Shown here piece after piece: positions 19,024-27,619 of a stretch of 64,000 nt of DNA (position 1 is the stretch's first letter; every line of letters begins with the position of its first letter). The notes below the pieces were generated by a model. It saw only the letters and a program-made list of their open reading frames with translations, had not been told where the DNA came from and searched no databases. The DNA comes from Pseudomonadota bacterium (lineage in GTDB: Bacteria > Pseudomonadota > Alphaproteobacteria > Rhodobacterales > Rhodobacteraceae). Location of the stretch: assembly GCA_038526085.1 (NCBI GenBank), contig JBCBHE010000021.1:3705-67704 (forward strand). The letters run 5' to 3'. Position numbers and translations under genes: made by a program.

Positions 19024-20463
19024 ATGATGGCGCGACGCTGGATCACAACGGGTCTATGTGCATCCGCACTTGCGGTGTCGTTCGCGACTGTCGCGCATGC
19101 TGAGGCCAAACGCGCATTGGTGGTAGTGGATCGACCGGATGCAGCGGATCAGGCCATCGCGATCTCAGAGACTTTGTTAGGGCTCGGCTTTGACGTTGCG
19201 CGCCTGGAATCCCCCACCCCGCAGGCCCTGGACGACGCGCTACAGACACTGACAGTAGAAGGTGGACCAACGGCAATTTACTTTGCCGGGGATCTTGGCG
19301 ATCTGACGGATTTCACGGGCGCTGGTGGTGAGACCCCGAGATTTATTTTCGTCGATGCATGCCAAGAGGTTGCTGTTGATGCGCTTCCGTCGAATGTCTT
19401 TCTGGTCAGCCCAGGTGCTGATTGTGCGGGTGATGTTGCGGCTGTTGTGCAGGAGTGGTTGACCGTTCCCGGCCTGAGCACCGATCAATGGGACCTGGGC
19501 GAGACGGTTCAGATTTCTTCAACACTCACCGCCCCATACGTCTTTCGCGAAACCACCAGCGACGTGCGGTTGACGGCCGAAGACTACGCCTTGCTTGATA
19601 GTCTGTCGCCCGAGGCGCGCGCCCAAATGATCCGGTTGTGGCGGAGCGCCGGCATTGCCGTGGACGTTGCGGACGCAGCTGCGTTGGCTCCCGTTGCCCC
19701 TGTTCAAGTGGCCCGTGATACGGTGCAGGTGATTGCGCCCGTATCTGCGGCGGCCGCATCGACGGTTGTCCGCCCAATTGCCCCGGTTCCGGTTTCCGGT
19801 GGTGTCACACAACCCGCTCGGGCGGGAAGCACGAGCCGCACCCTGAGCCCGACGATTAATTTACCAACCCCAGGCGCGGCTGGTCTGCCTGCGCCGTCGA
19901 TCCTTGTCGGCTTTGTCACGGATAGCTTGCCAGAGGCGCCAGAAGTGCCCGATGAGCCGGTCGCAGGTGCTGCTTTCGGTACCGATGATGTTGCGGCGCG
20001 CGAAGCGCTGCGGGAGCAAGACGCTGATCTGTTTGCGGGTTTGGTTTCATCCGGTGCGTTCGACCCGACTGACGATGTCATTCGCGCCTTGCAAGTCGAG
20101 TTGGCCCGGATCAACTGCTACACGTCGGGGATTGATGGCGCTTGGGGCCCCGGATCACAGCGGGCCTTGGCCGCATTCTATGACCTGAGCGGGACGAACC
20201 CGTCCGACGCGACACCTGATCTTGAGGATTTCCGCACCGTGATCGCAGCAAATGGCGTTCGCTGTCCGGATCCGCCGCCGCCGCCGACTCGCCAAGCAGC
20301 GACATCGTCGCAATCGACAGCGCAACCGGCTCGCGCGGCAGCACCGGCTGCATCACAGCCACGCCGGGCGACACCTGCACCGGCACCCGCGCCAGCCCCT
20401 GCTGCGCCGTCCGCGCCGCGCCGGAGCATCAACCAGACTGGAGGGTCTGGTATCTTCCGCTAG
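19024..20463 (+). CDS. Secreted protein: degenerate caspase (peptidase C14)-like domain, Pro/Ala linker, peptidoglycan-binding domain
   Basis: Signal peptide ending VAHA-EAK; KRALVV, LGFDV, IYFAGD, FVDACQ; ALQVELARINCYTSGIDGAWGPGSQRAL (PG_binding_1-like). Confidence 0.75.
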   Translation: MMARRWITTGLCASALAVSFATVAHAEAKRALVVVDRPDAADQAIAISETLLGLGFDVARLESPTPQALDDALQTLTVEGGPTAIYFAGDLGDLTDFTGAGGETPRFIFVDACQEVAVDALPSNVFLVSPGADCAGDVAAVVQEWLTVPGLSTDQWDLGETVQISSTLTAPYVFRETTSDVRLTAEDYALLDSLSPEARAQMIRLWRSAGIAVDVADAAALAPVAPVQVARDTVQVIAPVSAAAASTVVRPIAPVPVSGGVTQPARAGSTSRTLSPTINLPTPGAAGLPAPSILVGFVTDSLPEAPEVPDEPVAGAAFGTDDVAAREALREQDADLFAGLVSSGAFDPTDDVIRALQVELARINCYTSGIDGAWGPGSQRALAAFYDLSGTNPSDATPDLEDFRTVIAANGVRCPDPPPPPTRQAATSSQSTAQPARAAAPAASQPRRATPAPAPAPAPAAPSAPRRSINQTGGSGIFR

Positions 20464-21061
20464 GACCGGTCCTGTTGGTGAAAATGAAACCGCCTGTCTC
20501 TGTGCACAGGGAGGGAGGAAGAGCGTGCAGCAGAGCCAGGCGGCCAATTTGATTGTCCGGGAAGGACATGGAGAGTTCGGGCGGGTGCGCCCGTAATTTG
20601 ACTGTGGCATTGGGTTGATCATCGCGCAAATCTGACACCACCAAATGTCCGACCTTTTTGCCGCGGTGCAGAATGCGCTCAGCGTAGCGGCAAAAATTTA
20701 GGCGAATACTGAGACTTGCACGAAAAATAGGCGATTCCTGTGCGAATTGAACATTCTTGGCATTGATCAGGTCACGAAGGCCAACACTGTGCTGAAATAA
20801 ATCTGGGTGTTTTACCGCAGCTTCAGCACGATGTTGACGCCCGTTGTCTGCTCTGGCATTTTTGGTCTGCAGAAGAAGGAGACTCTGACAATGGACACGT
20901 CGATCCGCTGATCTCACCGCGCGCCGCCCGAGCTGGGCCGCACTGCGCATGCCTTTCTTTGTGGAGCACCCTGACAATGGACAAGCATCTTTAGGCCCTG
21001 ACCGGGCTTGAGCCGCCGTGCATTTGCGCGGCCAAATAACCCCTTGTTCGAGAGGCACACC

Positions 21062-21232
21062 ATGCCATTTCAACCAACGAAAGACGCCTTTGGGCGCATG
21101 AGTCCACCTGCGAAACCGTCACCAAAAGCCAAACCCCATAAAAAGGGGCAAACGCGTGATACCCGCCGACAGCTGATGTACCGTCGGGTGAAGCCGATCG
21201 CGCAGCACGGTAAGACGCGAGGTCGATCGTAA
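21062..21232 (+). CDS. Possible 56-aa highly basic small protein
   Basis: GAGG RBS before ATG 21062; MPFQPTKDAFGRMSPPAKPSPKAKPHKKGQ...; no recognised family. Confidence 0.3.
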   Translation: MPFQPTKDAFGRMSPPAKPSPKAKPHKKGQTRDTRRQLMYRRVKPIAQHGKTRGRS

Positions 21233-21421
21233 GCTGGTTTGGGGCGCTTCGGCGCCTCATTCCTTTTTGGTTGTGGCGCCATAGGTTAGTTCATCCTATC
21301 CGATTGCGAGCCTTCTAACCGTTCGCAGGCGGTACTATCCTAGAGCGTACTTCCAGTATCCCCTTGCTTCCTATGGTTGTGCTCGGTGGTCCGTTACTCC
21401 TCTGCTCAAGGAGGAACGGTC

Positions 21422-21895
21422 ATGCAACCCAAACTACGAACACCCCTGAAAGCGCTTTGCGCAATTTGGAGCGCGGCCTTTTTCCTGTGTCAGCCTACGT
21501 TTAGTACCGCGCAGCAGTTGGCCCCAATTGAACCCCTTGTTGTTACGAATGACCGGGGCGGGCTGCTGCGCAAACGTATTGCCGAAATCCAAGACATTGT
21601 TGCTGCTTCACAGCCGGTCCAGATCACTGGGCGGATCTGTTATTCGACTTGCACGATGTATCTTGGGCTTCCCGACACGTGCGTCGCGCCCGATACGGTT
21701 TTTGGATTTCATGGGCCGAGTTCCTACGGTCGCCCGCTTGCCCCAGATGTTTTCGAGCAAGCCTCTCAAACTATTGCGGCATACTACCCGGAAGTCTTGC
21801 GGGACTGGTATATGACCACGGCACGGCATGAGCTGCGACAGCTTCACAAGGTGCGCGGGTCTGAACTGATCCGACTGGGTGTGCGTCAGTGTTAG
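21422..21895 (+). CDS. Secreted hypothetical protein, possibly ClpP/crotonase-like fold
   Basis: RBS AGGAGG; signal peptide; NDRGG, GRICYSTCTMYLG, FGFHGP motifs. Confidence 0.7.
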   Translation: MQPKLRTPLKALCAIWSAAFFLCQPTFSTAQQLAPIEPLVVTNDRGGLLRKRIAEIQDIVAASQPVQITGRICYSTCTMYLGLPDTCVAPDTVFGFHGPSSYGRPLAPDVFEQASQTIAAYYPEVLRDWYMTTARHELRQLHKVRGSELIRLGVRQC

Positions 21896-21908
21896 GCGCC
21901 TCGCGCGG

Positions 21909-22922
21909 TTAGACTTGATAATAGTCCCGATACCACGCCACAAACCTCGCCACGCCTTCTTTCATCGGCGTGTTCGGTTTGTAGCCCGTAATTGATTCCA
22001 GAAGGCCGGAATTTGCCCAGGTCGCCACGACGTCGCCGGCTTGCATATCCATCATGTTCTTTTTCGCCGCGACGCCTGTCGCGTCTTCCAACGCTTGGAT
22101 GAAATCCATCAGCGGCTCCGGCTGCGCATTGCCGATGTTGAGTACGCGAAACGGGGCGACGGGGGAGAGGCTATCGCCCTCTGGCACAATACCGTCTTCG
22201 GGTTTGATTGGAGGGTGGCCGGTGAGAAGGTAAAGGGCGTGCACCAAATCTTCGACATAGGTGAAGTCCCGCTTCATTTTTCCGTGGTTGTAGACGTCGA
22301 TCGGATCGCCTGCGAGGATGCGTTTGGCGAATTTCATCGGCGCCATATCGGGGCGGCCCCAGGGGCCGTAGACCGTGAAGAACCGAAACATCGTGATCGG
22401 TAGGCCAAAGAGGTGCGCATAGGAATGCGCCATGTTTTCTGTCGCCTTTTTCGTTGCCGCATAGAAGCTGACCTGATGATCTGCCTTGTCGGTTTCGGTG
22501 TAGGGCATCTGTGTGTTTGCCCCATAGGCGGAAGACGTTGACGCCAGCAGCATGTGTTTCGGCGGGAAGGCCCGTGCGGCTTCTAGGATCTCGAACGTGC
22601 CGATGACATTCGCCTCTAGGTAGGACCGCGGGTTTTCGATGGAGTAGCGGACGCCCGCTTGAGCAGCGAGGTGAATGACGATGTCAGGCTGATGGTCTTC
22701 AAACAGCGACATCATCAGGCCTGGTGTTTCGATTTTGTCGTTAATGGTGGTGAAACCAGCGGATTGCAGGAGGTTTGCCTGACGACGCTCTTTCAAGGAC
22801 ACATCGTAGTAGTCCGACATCGAATCGACGCCGATCACAGTCCACCCTTCGGCGAGCAGCCGCTGACAGATGTATGAGCCAATGAAGCCGGAAGAGCCTG
22901 TTACTAAAGCTGTTTGTGTCAA
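21909..22922 (-). CDS. UDP-glucuronate 4-epimerase-like NAD-dependent epimerase
   Basis: TGSSGFIG, HLAAQAGVRYS, YAATKKATE, RFFTVYGPWGRPDMA, MQAGDV. Confidence 0.92.
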   Translation of the reverse strand: MTQTALVTGSSGFIGSYICQRLLAEGWTVIGVDSMSDYYDVSLKERRQANLLQSAGFTTINDKIETPGLMMSLFEDHQPDIVIHLAAQAGVRYSIENPRSYLEANVIGTFEILEAARAFPPKHMLLASTSSAYGANTQMPYTETDKADHQVSFYAATKKATENMAHSYAHLFGLPITMFRFFTVYGPWGRPDMAPMKFAKRILAGDPIDVYNHGKMKRDFTYVEDLVHALYLLTGHPPIKPEDGIVPEGDSLSPVAPFRVLNIGNAQPEPLMDFIQALEDATGVAAKKNMMDMQAGDVVATWANSGLLESITGYKPNTPMKEGVARFVAWYRDYYQV

Positions 22923-23099
22923 ACTTTTATCCCTACTTTTGCGGCTTCACGTCCCATTTCGGGACCGTTGTGGCGCTGACGCACCGGTTTTATTTATAGC
23001 TGGTGCCTCTATCTGTGCAGTCTAGTACTTGTTTTCGCTGCGCTGTATGGGTAATCCACGTCACAGAAAATCCACAATATTAATTCATTGGGCGGCCCC

Positions 23100-24419
23100 A
23101 TGAAAATCGCGATCATTGGTACTGGTTATGTTGGTCTTGTTTCAGGTGTCTGCTTTGCTGACTTTGGGCACGACGTGGTTTGCGTCGACAAAGACAAGCG
23201 CAAAATTGATATGCTCGAAGACGGCAAAGTCCCGATCTATGAGCCGGGTCTTGAAGAGTTGCTCGCGCGGAACGTGCAAGCGGGGCGTCTGTCTTTCACC
23301 CTTGATTTGGCGGCCGCGATTGATGGGGCGGAGGCTGTGTTTATCGCGGTTGGTACACCAACACGTCGGGGTGATGGCCACGCGGACCTGACCTATGTCA
23401 TGGCGGCCGCTGAAGAGGTTGCCAAAACGGCCAAAGACTACATCGTTGTTGTGACCAAATCGACGGTCCCGGTTGGCACGAACCGCAAGGTGCATGAGGT
23501 GGTGTCGAAGGCGAACCCAAACCTTGATTTCGATGTCGCCTCGAACCCAGAATTCCTGCGCGAAGGGGCCGCGATTGACGATTTTATGCGCCCTGACCGC
23601 GTGGTTGTGGGTGTCGAAACGGAGCGTGCGGGCGAAGTCATGAACGCGATTTACCGTCCACTGTTCTTGCGCGACTTCCCGATCATCACAACCGACCTTG
23701 AAAGCGCGGAGATGATCAAATACGCGGCGAACGCGTTCTTGGCGACGAAGATCACGTTTATCAATGAGATTGCGGCCCTGTGCGAACGTACTGGTGCCGA
23801 CGTTAAGCAGGTTGCCAAGGGCGTTGGCTATGACGGGCGGATTGGAAACAAGTTCCTGCATGCGGGGCCCGGCTATGGTGGCTCCTGCTTTCCGAAAGAT
23901 ACCCGGGCATTGGCTCGGATTGGCCAAGAAAACGGCATGCCAATGAAGATCACCGAGACGGTGATCGAAGTGAATGAAGACGTGAAACGCCGCATGGTTG
24001 ATAAGCTGAAAGAGCTTTGCGACGATAGCTTCAATGGCAAAAAAGTTGCCGTGCTCGGTGCGACCTTTAAGCCAAACACCGACGATATGCGCGATGCGCC
24101 CTCTTTGACGATTGTGCCAGCATTGGTGGGTGGTGGAGCCAAGGTCAACGTTGTTGATCCACAAGGCCGCCATGAGGGTGAAGGGTTGTTGCCCGGGGTT
24201 TCTTGGATGGATGACCCCTATGAAGCGGCGAAAGACGCGGACCTTCTTGTATTGCTGACAGAATGGAATGAGTTTCGCGCCTTGGACCTGGGGCGCATCG
24301 CCGAGGGAATGGCCACGCCGCATATGGCAGACCTCCGCAATGTTTATGCGCCAACAAATGCGGAAGAGGCGGGCTTCAAGCGCTACACGTCTATTGGTCG
24401 ACCTGACCTAATCACCTGA
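23100..24419 (+). CDS. ugd: UDP-glucose 6-dehydrogenase
   Basis: IGTGYVGL, SNPEFLREG, KYAANAFLA, GYGGSCFPKD, FKPNTDDMR. Confidence 0.96.
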   Translation: MKIAIIGTGYVGLVSGVCFADFGHDVVCVDKDKRKIDMLEDGKVPIYEPGLEELLARNVQAGRLSFTLDLAAAIDGAEAVFIAVGTPTRRGDGHADLTYVMAAAEEVAKTAKDYIVVVTKSTVPVGTNRKVHEVVSKANPNLDFDVASNPEFLREGAAIDDFMRPDRVVVGVETERAGEVMNAIYRPLFLRDFPIITTDLESAEMIKYAANAFLATKITFINEIAALCERTGADVKQVAKGVGYDGRIGNKFLHAGPGYGGSCFPKDTRALARIGQENGMPMKITETVIEVNEDVKRRMVDKLKELCDDSFNGKKVAVLGATFKPNTDDMRDAPSLTIVPALVGGGAKVNVVDPQGRHEGEGLLPGVSWMDDPYEAAKDADLLVLLTEWNEFRALDLGRIAEGMATPHMADLRNVYAPTNAEEAGFKRYTSIGRPDLIT

Positions 24420-24516
24420 TGCAAAAACATAAAATTGAGCGAACGCTGTTCGCGACGCTTTGATGTTGACCCCTCGTTAAGCCCGCAGCACATTGGCCGC
24501 GCGAGGAGGGGTTCGA

Positions 24517-25968
24517 ATGTTTTTGGGATTAGATTTGGGGACATCGGGCCTCAAAGCGATTTTGGTCGATGAGACCGGCGCGATCACGGCAACGGCATCA
24601 GCGACATATGAAAACCCGCACCCGCAAGTGGGTTGGTCCGAACAGGACCCCGCAGATTGGGTGACGGCGTGCGAGACTGTTTTTGATGTTTTGCAAGCTG
24701 CAGCTCCGGCAGGATTGGCTGCCCTGAAAGGTATTGGCCTGAGCGGGCACATGCACGGTGCGACACTGATTGATGCAAACGACGCGGTTTTGCGGCCTTG
24801 TATTCTTTGGAACGATACCCGCGCCGCCGAGGAGGCGGCCTGGATGGATGGCCAGCCGGATATGCGCAGCATAACCGGCAATATTGTGTTTCCCGGTTTC
24901 ACGGCACCAAAGCTGTTATGGGTCGAAAAGCACCAGCCGGAGGTGTTTGCCAAAGTTGCAAAGGTTTTGCTGCCGAAAGACTATCTCCGCCTTTGGCTGA
25001 CGGGAGAGGCGATCGGTGACATGTCCGACTGCGCCGGGACGTCATGGCTCGATGTTGGTGCGCGGGACTGGTCGGATCAGGCGCTTGAGACGGGCCATAT
25101 GCGGCGCGATCAGATGCCTGACTTAGTGGAAGGCAGCGCGCCGGGCGGCGAGATGCGCCAAACCTTGCGGGACCGTTGGGGGATCACGGGGCCGGTTGTG
25201 GTTGCGGGCAGCGCTGGTGACAATGCCGCAGCTGCCTGCGGCGCTGGATGTTTTGCGGAAGGGCAGGGGTTTGTATCGCTTGGGACGTCCGGCGTTTTGC
25301 TGGCAGCCAAGGAATCCTATGCGCCGGATGCTGGGTCAGCGGTGCATACGTTCTGCCATGCCGTGCCGGATCGCTGGTATCAGATGGGGGTTATTCTAGC
25401 GGCGACTGACTGTTTGAATTGGTTGTCTCGGCAAGTGGGACAAGCGCCTGCTGATCTTATTGGGTTGTTGCCAGAGACCCCGGATGGTCCGTCCGATCTG
25501 TTGTTCTTGCCTTATCTGTCAGGTGAGCGGACACCGCATAACGATGCATCGGTGCGTGGCGCGTTTATTGGTCTCGATGTGGGACATACCGCCGCTGATT
25601 TGACCCAAGCGGTCGTCGAAGGCGTGTCCTTTGCGCTGCGTGATTGCATGGCTGCCCTTGGGGGAACCGGGACAACGCTGACGTCTGTTTTGGCGATGGG
25701 CGGCGGTGCCCGCTCTGCCTATTGGCGTTCGACGTTGGCCACGGTGTTGGATCTGCCCTTGGATGTGCCTTCAGGTGGTGAATTTGGGGCTGCATTGGGG
25801 GCCGCGCGCCTTGGTATCACGGCGGCCACCGGGGCGAATCCGTCAGATGTGATGAAACCGCCCAGAGTTGGAGAGACAGTGACGCCCAATACCGCCTTGA
25901 CCGCCGCTTATGCCGAAAAGTGGAACACCTATCGCGTGGCCTATCGCGCGTTGTCTGCGTTGCGATAG
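24517..25968 (+). CDS. xylB: Xylulokinase
   Basis: LGLDLGTSGLK, SGHMHG, LWNDTR, GFTAPKLLW, PYLSGERTPH; RBS GAGGAGG. Confidence 0.93.
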   Translation: MFLGLDLGTSGLKAILVDETGAITATASATYENPHPQVGWSEQDPADWVTACETVFDVLQAAAPAGLAALKGIGLSGHMHGATLIDANDAVLRPCILWNDTRAAEEAAWMDGQPDMRSITGNIVFPGFTAPKLLWVEKHQPEVFAKVAKVLLPKDYLRLWLTGEAIGDMSDCAGTSWLDVGARDWSDQALETGHMRRDQMPDLVEGSAPGGEMRQTLRDRWGITGPVVVAGSAGDNAAAACGAGCFAEGQGFVSLGTSGVLLAAKESYAPDAGSAVHTFCHAVPDRWYQMGVILAATDCLNWLSRQVGQAPADLIGLLPETPDGPSDLLFLPYLSGERTPHNDASVRGAFIGLDVGHTAADLTQAVVEGVSFALRDCMAALGGTGTTLTSVLAMGGGARSAYWRSTLATVLDLPLDVPSGGEFGAALGAARLGITAATGANPSDVMKPPRVGETVTPNTALTAAYAEKWNTYRVAYRALSALR

Positions 25969-25978
25969 CCTTCGAAGT

Positions 25979-26012
25979 GAAAAGGCTGGATCGCAGCAGC
26001 GCGATCCAGCCT
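25979..26012 (-). terminator. Rho-independent terminator (U tract on the minus strand)
   Basis: AGGCTGGATCGC / GCGATCCAGCCT 12-bp stem (25983-25994, 26001-26012) followed by TTTT on the minus strand. Confidence 0.7.
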
Positions 26013-26294
26013 CCTTGTATCCGGGCAGTCATAGAAAATAACTGGTACTGAAAAGAACTCGGTGACCACACCCCCAGTACGTCCTATTTATGGCATAATT
26101 TCGCCACATTTCGCATCACGTTTTTTGACATATACTGATACTTTTCTAAACTTTTCAGTCTATTGTGTCATCAATGGAAACAATACCGGATCAGTTCGGA
26201 AATAGTTCAGATTTTTTGCTTGGACTTCTGCAAATCGCTGCGTGTTCCGAATCACCCGATCCAGATCCGGCACTTGTTTCCCTTGTGCATCGAA

Positions 26295-27536
26295 TCAAAC
26301 CAGGAAGTCGGCCAGGGCCACGTCGTCCGTGATGTCGCGCAAGTCGAAACCTTCCGCGGCGAGGCGACGGTCGAGAGCCGTAAAGTTTTCGGCCCGTGAC
26401 GTTTCAATCCCTATGAGCACCGTGCCAAAGTTGCGCGCCGATTTTTTTAGGTATTCGAAGCGCGCGATATCGTCGTCGGGGCCGAGCATTGCGAGGAAGT
26501 CTTTCAATGCACCGGGGCGTTGCGGCAATCGCAGTATAAAGTACTTTTTCAACCCCAGGTAGCGCTGCGCGCGTTCCTTAACTTCTGGTAACCGCTCAAA
26601 ATCAAAGTTACCGCCAGAGCTGATGCAGACGACGGTTTTGCCTTTGATCTGATCTGTCATGTCTTTCAGAACGTCCAGGGCGAGTGCGCCAGCCGGTTCT
26701 AGAACGATGCCTTCAATATTCAGCATCTCAATAATCGTCGTGCAAAGGCGGTCTTCGGGCACTTGGTGCACATGTGCAGGAGGAGTCGCTTTGAGGTGGG
26801 CGAATGTGCGGTCGCCGATGCGCGCGACAGAGGCCCCGTCGACAAAGTTATCAACGTGATCGAGCGTCTGTGGCGCGCCGATATGCAATGCGGCGGTGAG
26901 GCTCGCCCCGCCGGCTGGCTCAACATAATGGAGTGACGGTCCGTCGGCGCCGAAGAACCCGGTTGCCCCGGCAGACAATCCACCACCGCCGACTGGAAGA
27001 ACGACAATATCAGGCGTTTGCTCAAGTTGGTCTGCAATCTCGACAGAGACGGAGGCTTGGCCGGTAATGACGTCATCATCGTCGAACGGCGAAAGGAAGT
27101 GGGCGCCCTTGTCAGAGCAATAGGCTTTGGCGGCCGCGAGGGTGTCATCGAAATAGTCACCGGTGAGGATGATCTCGACAGTGTTCCCCCCGAAAATCTT
27201 TGTTTTTTGGATCTTTTGTTCGGGTGTGGTGACGGGCATGAAGATCACCCCTTTCACCCCAAAGTGCTTGCAGTTGTAAGCGACGCCCTGGGCGTGGTTG
27301 CCTGCGCTGGCGCAGACGAACGTGCGCTGATCGGGAGTGGCCGTGAGCGCTTTTGTCAGCGCATGGAATGCGCCTCGGATTTTGTAGGAACGGACTGGCG
27401 AGAGGTCTTCGCGCTTGAGCCAAATCTCTGCATCGTAAAGAGCAGAGAGGTGATCGTTGCGCTGTAGTGGCGTCGCGGGAAACAGGTCGCGCATGGCTTC
27501 CGTAGCGGCGCGCGCCTTGGATTGGAAAGGTGTCAT
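26295..27536 (-). CDS. ilvA: Threonine ammonia-lyase, biosynthetic (short form with one regulatory domain)
   Basis: REDLSPVRSYKIRGA, CASAGNHAQG, PVGGGGL, EPAGAL, SGGNFDFERL, RLPQRPGAL. Confidence 0.95.
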   Translation of the reverse strand: MTPFQSKARAATEAMRDLFPATPLQRNDHLSALYDAEIWLKREDLSPVRSYKIRGAFHALTKALTATPDQRTFVCASAGNHAQGVAYNCKHFGVKGVIFMPVTTPEQKIQKTKIFGGNTVEIILTGDYFDDTLAAAKAYCSDKGAHFLSPFDDDDVITGQASVSVEIADQLEQTPDIVVLPVGGGGLSAGATGFFGADGPSLHYVEPAGGASLTAALHIGAPQTLDHVDNFVDGASVARIGDRTFAHLKATPPAHVHQVPEDRLCTTIIEMLNIEGIVLEPAGALALDVLKDMTDQIKGKTVVCISSGGNFDFERLPEVKERAQRYLGLKKYFILRLPQRPGALKDFLAMLGPDDDIARFEYLKKSARNFGTVLIGIETSRAENFTALDRRLAAEGFDLRDITDDVALADFLV

Positions 27537-27619
27537 AACCGCGGTTTTGACAGAGATCGCAGGACGGCGAAACAAAAATGCGTTAACGCCGCCCTGGGGG
27601 AGAGGGCCGGTGACCGGCC

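Noticed and set aside
20429-21073. 214-aa minus-strand ORF in the large intergenic gap
   Set aside because: No RBS, no family motif, atypical composition, and it overlaps the end of the caspase-like gene; probably spurious.
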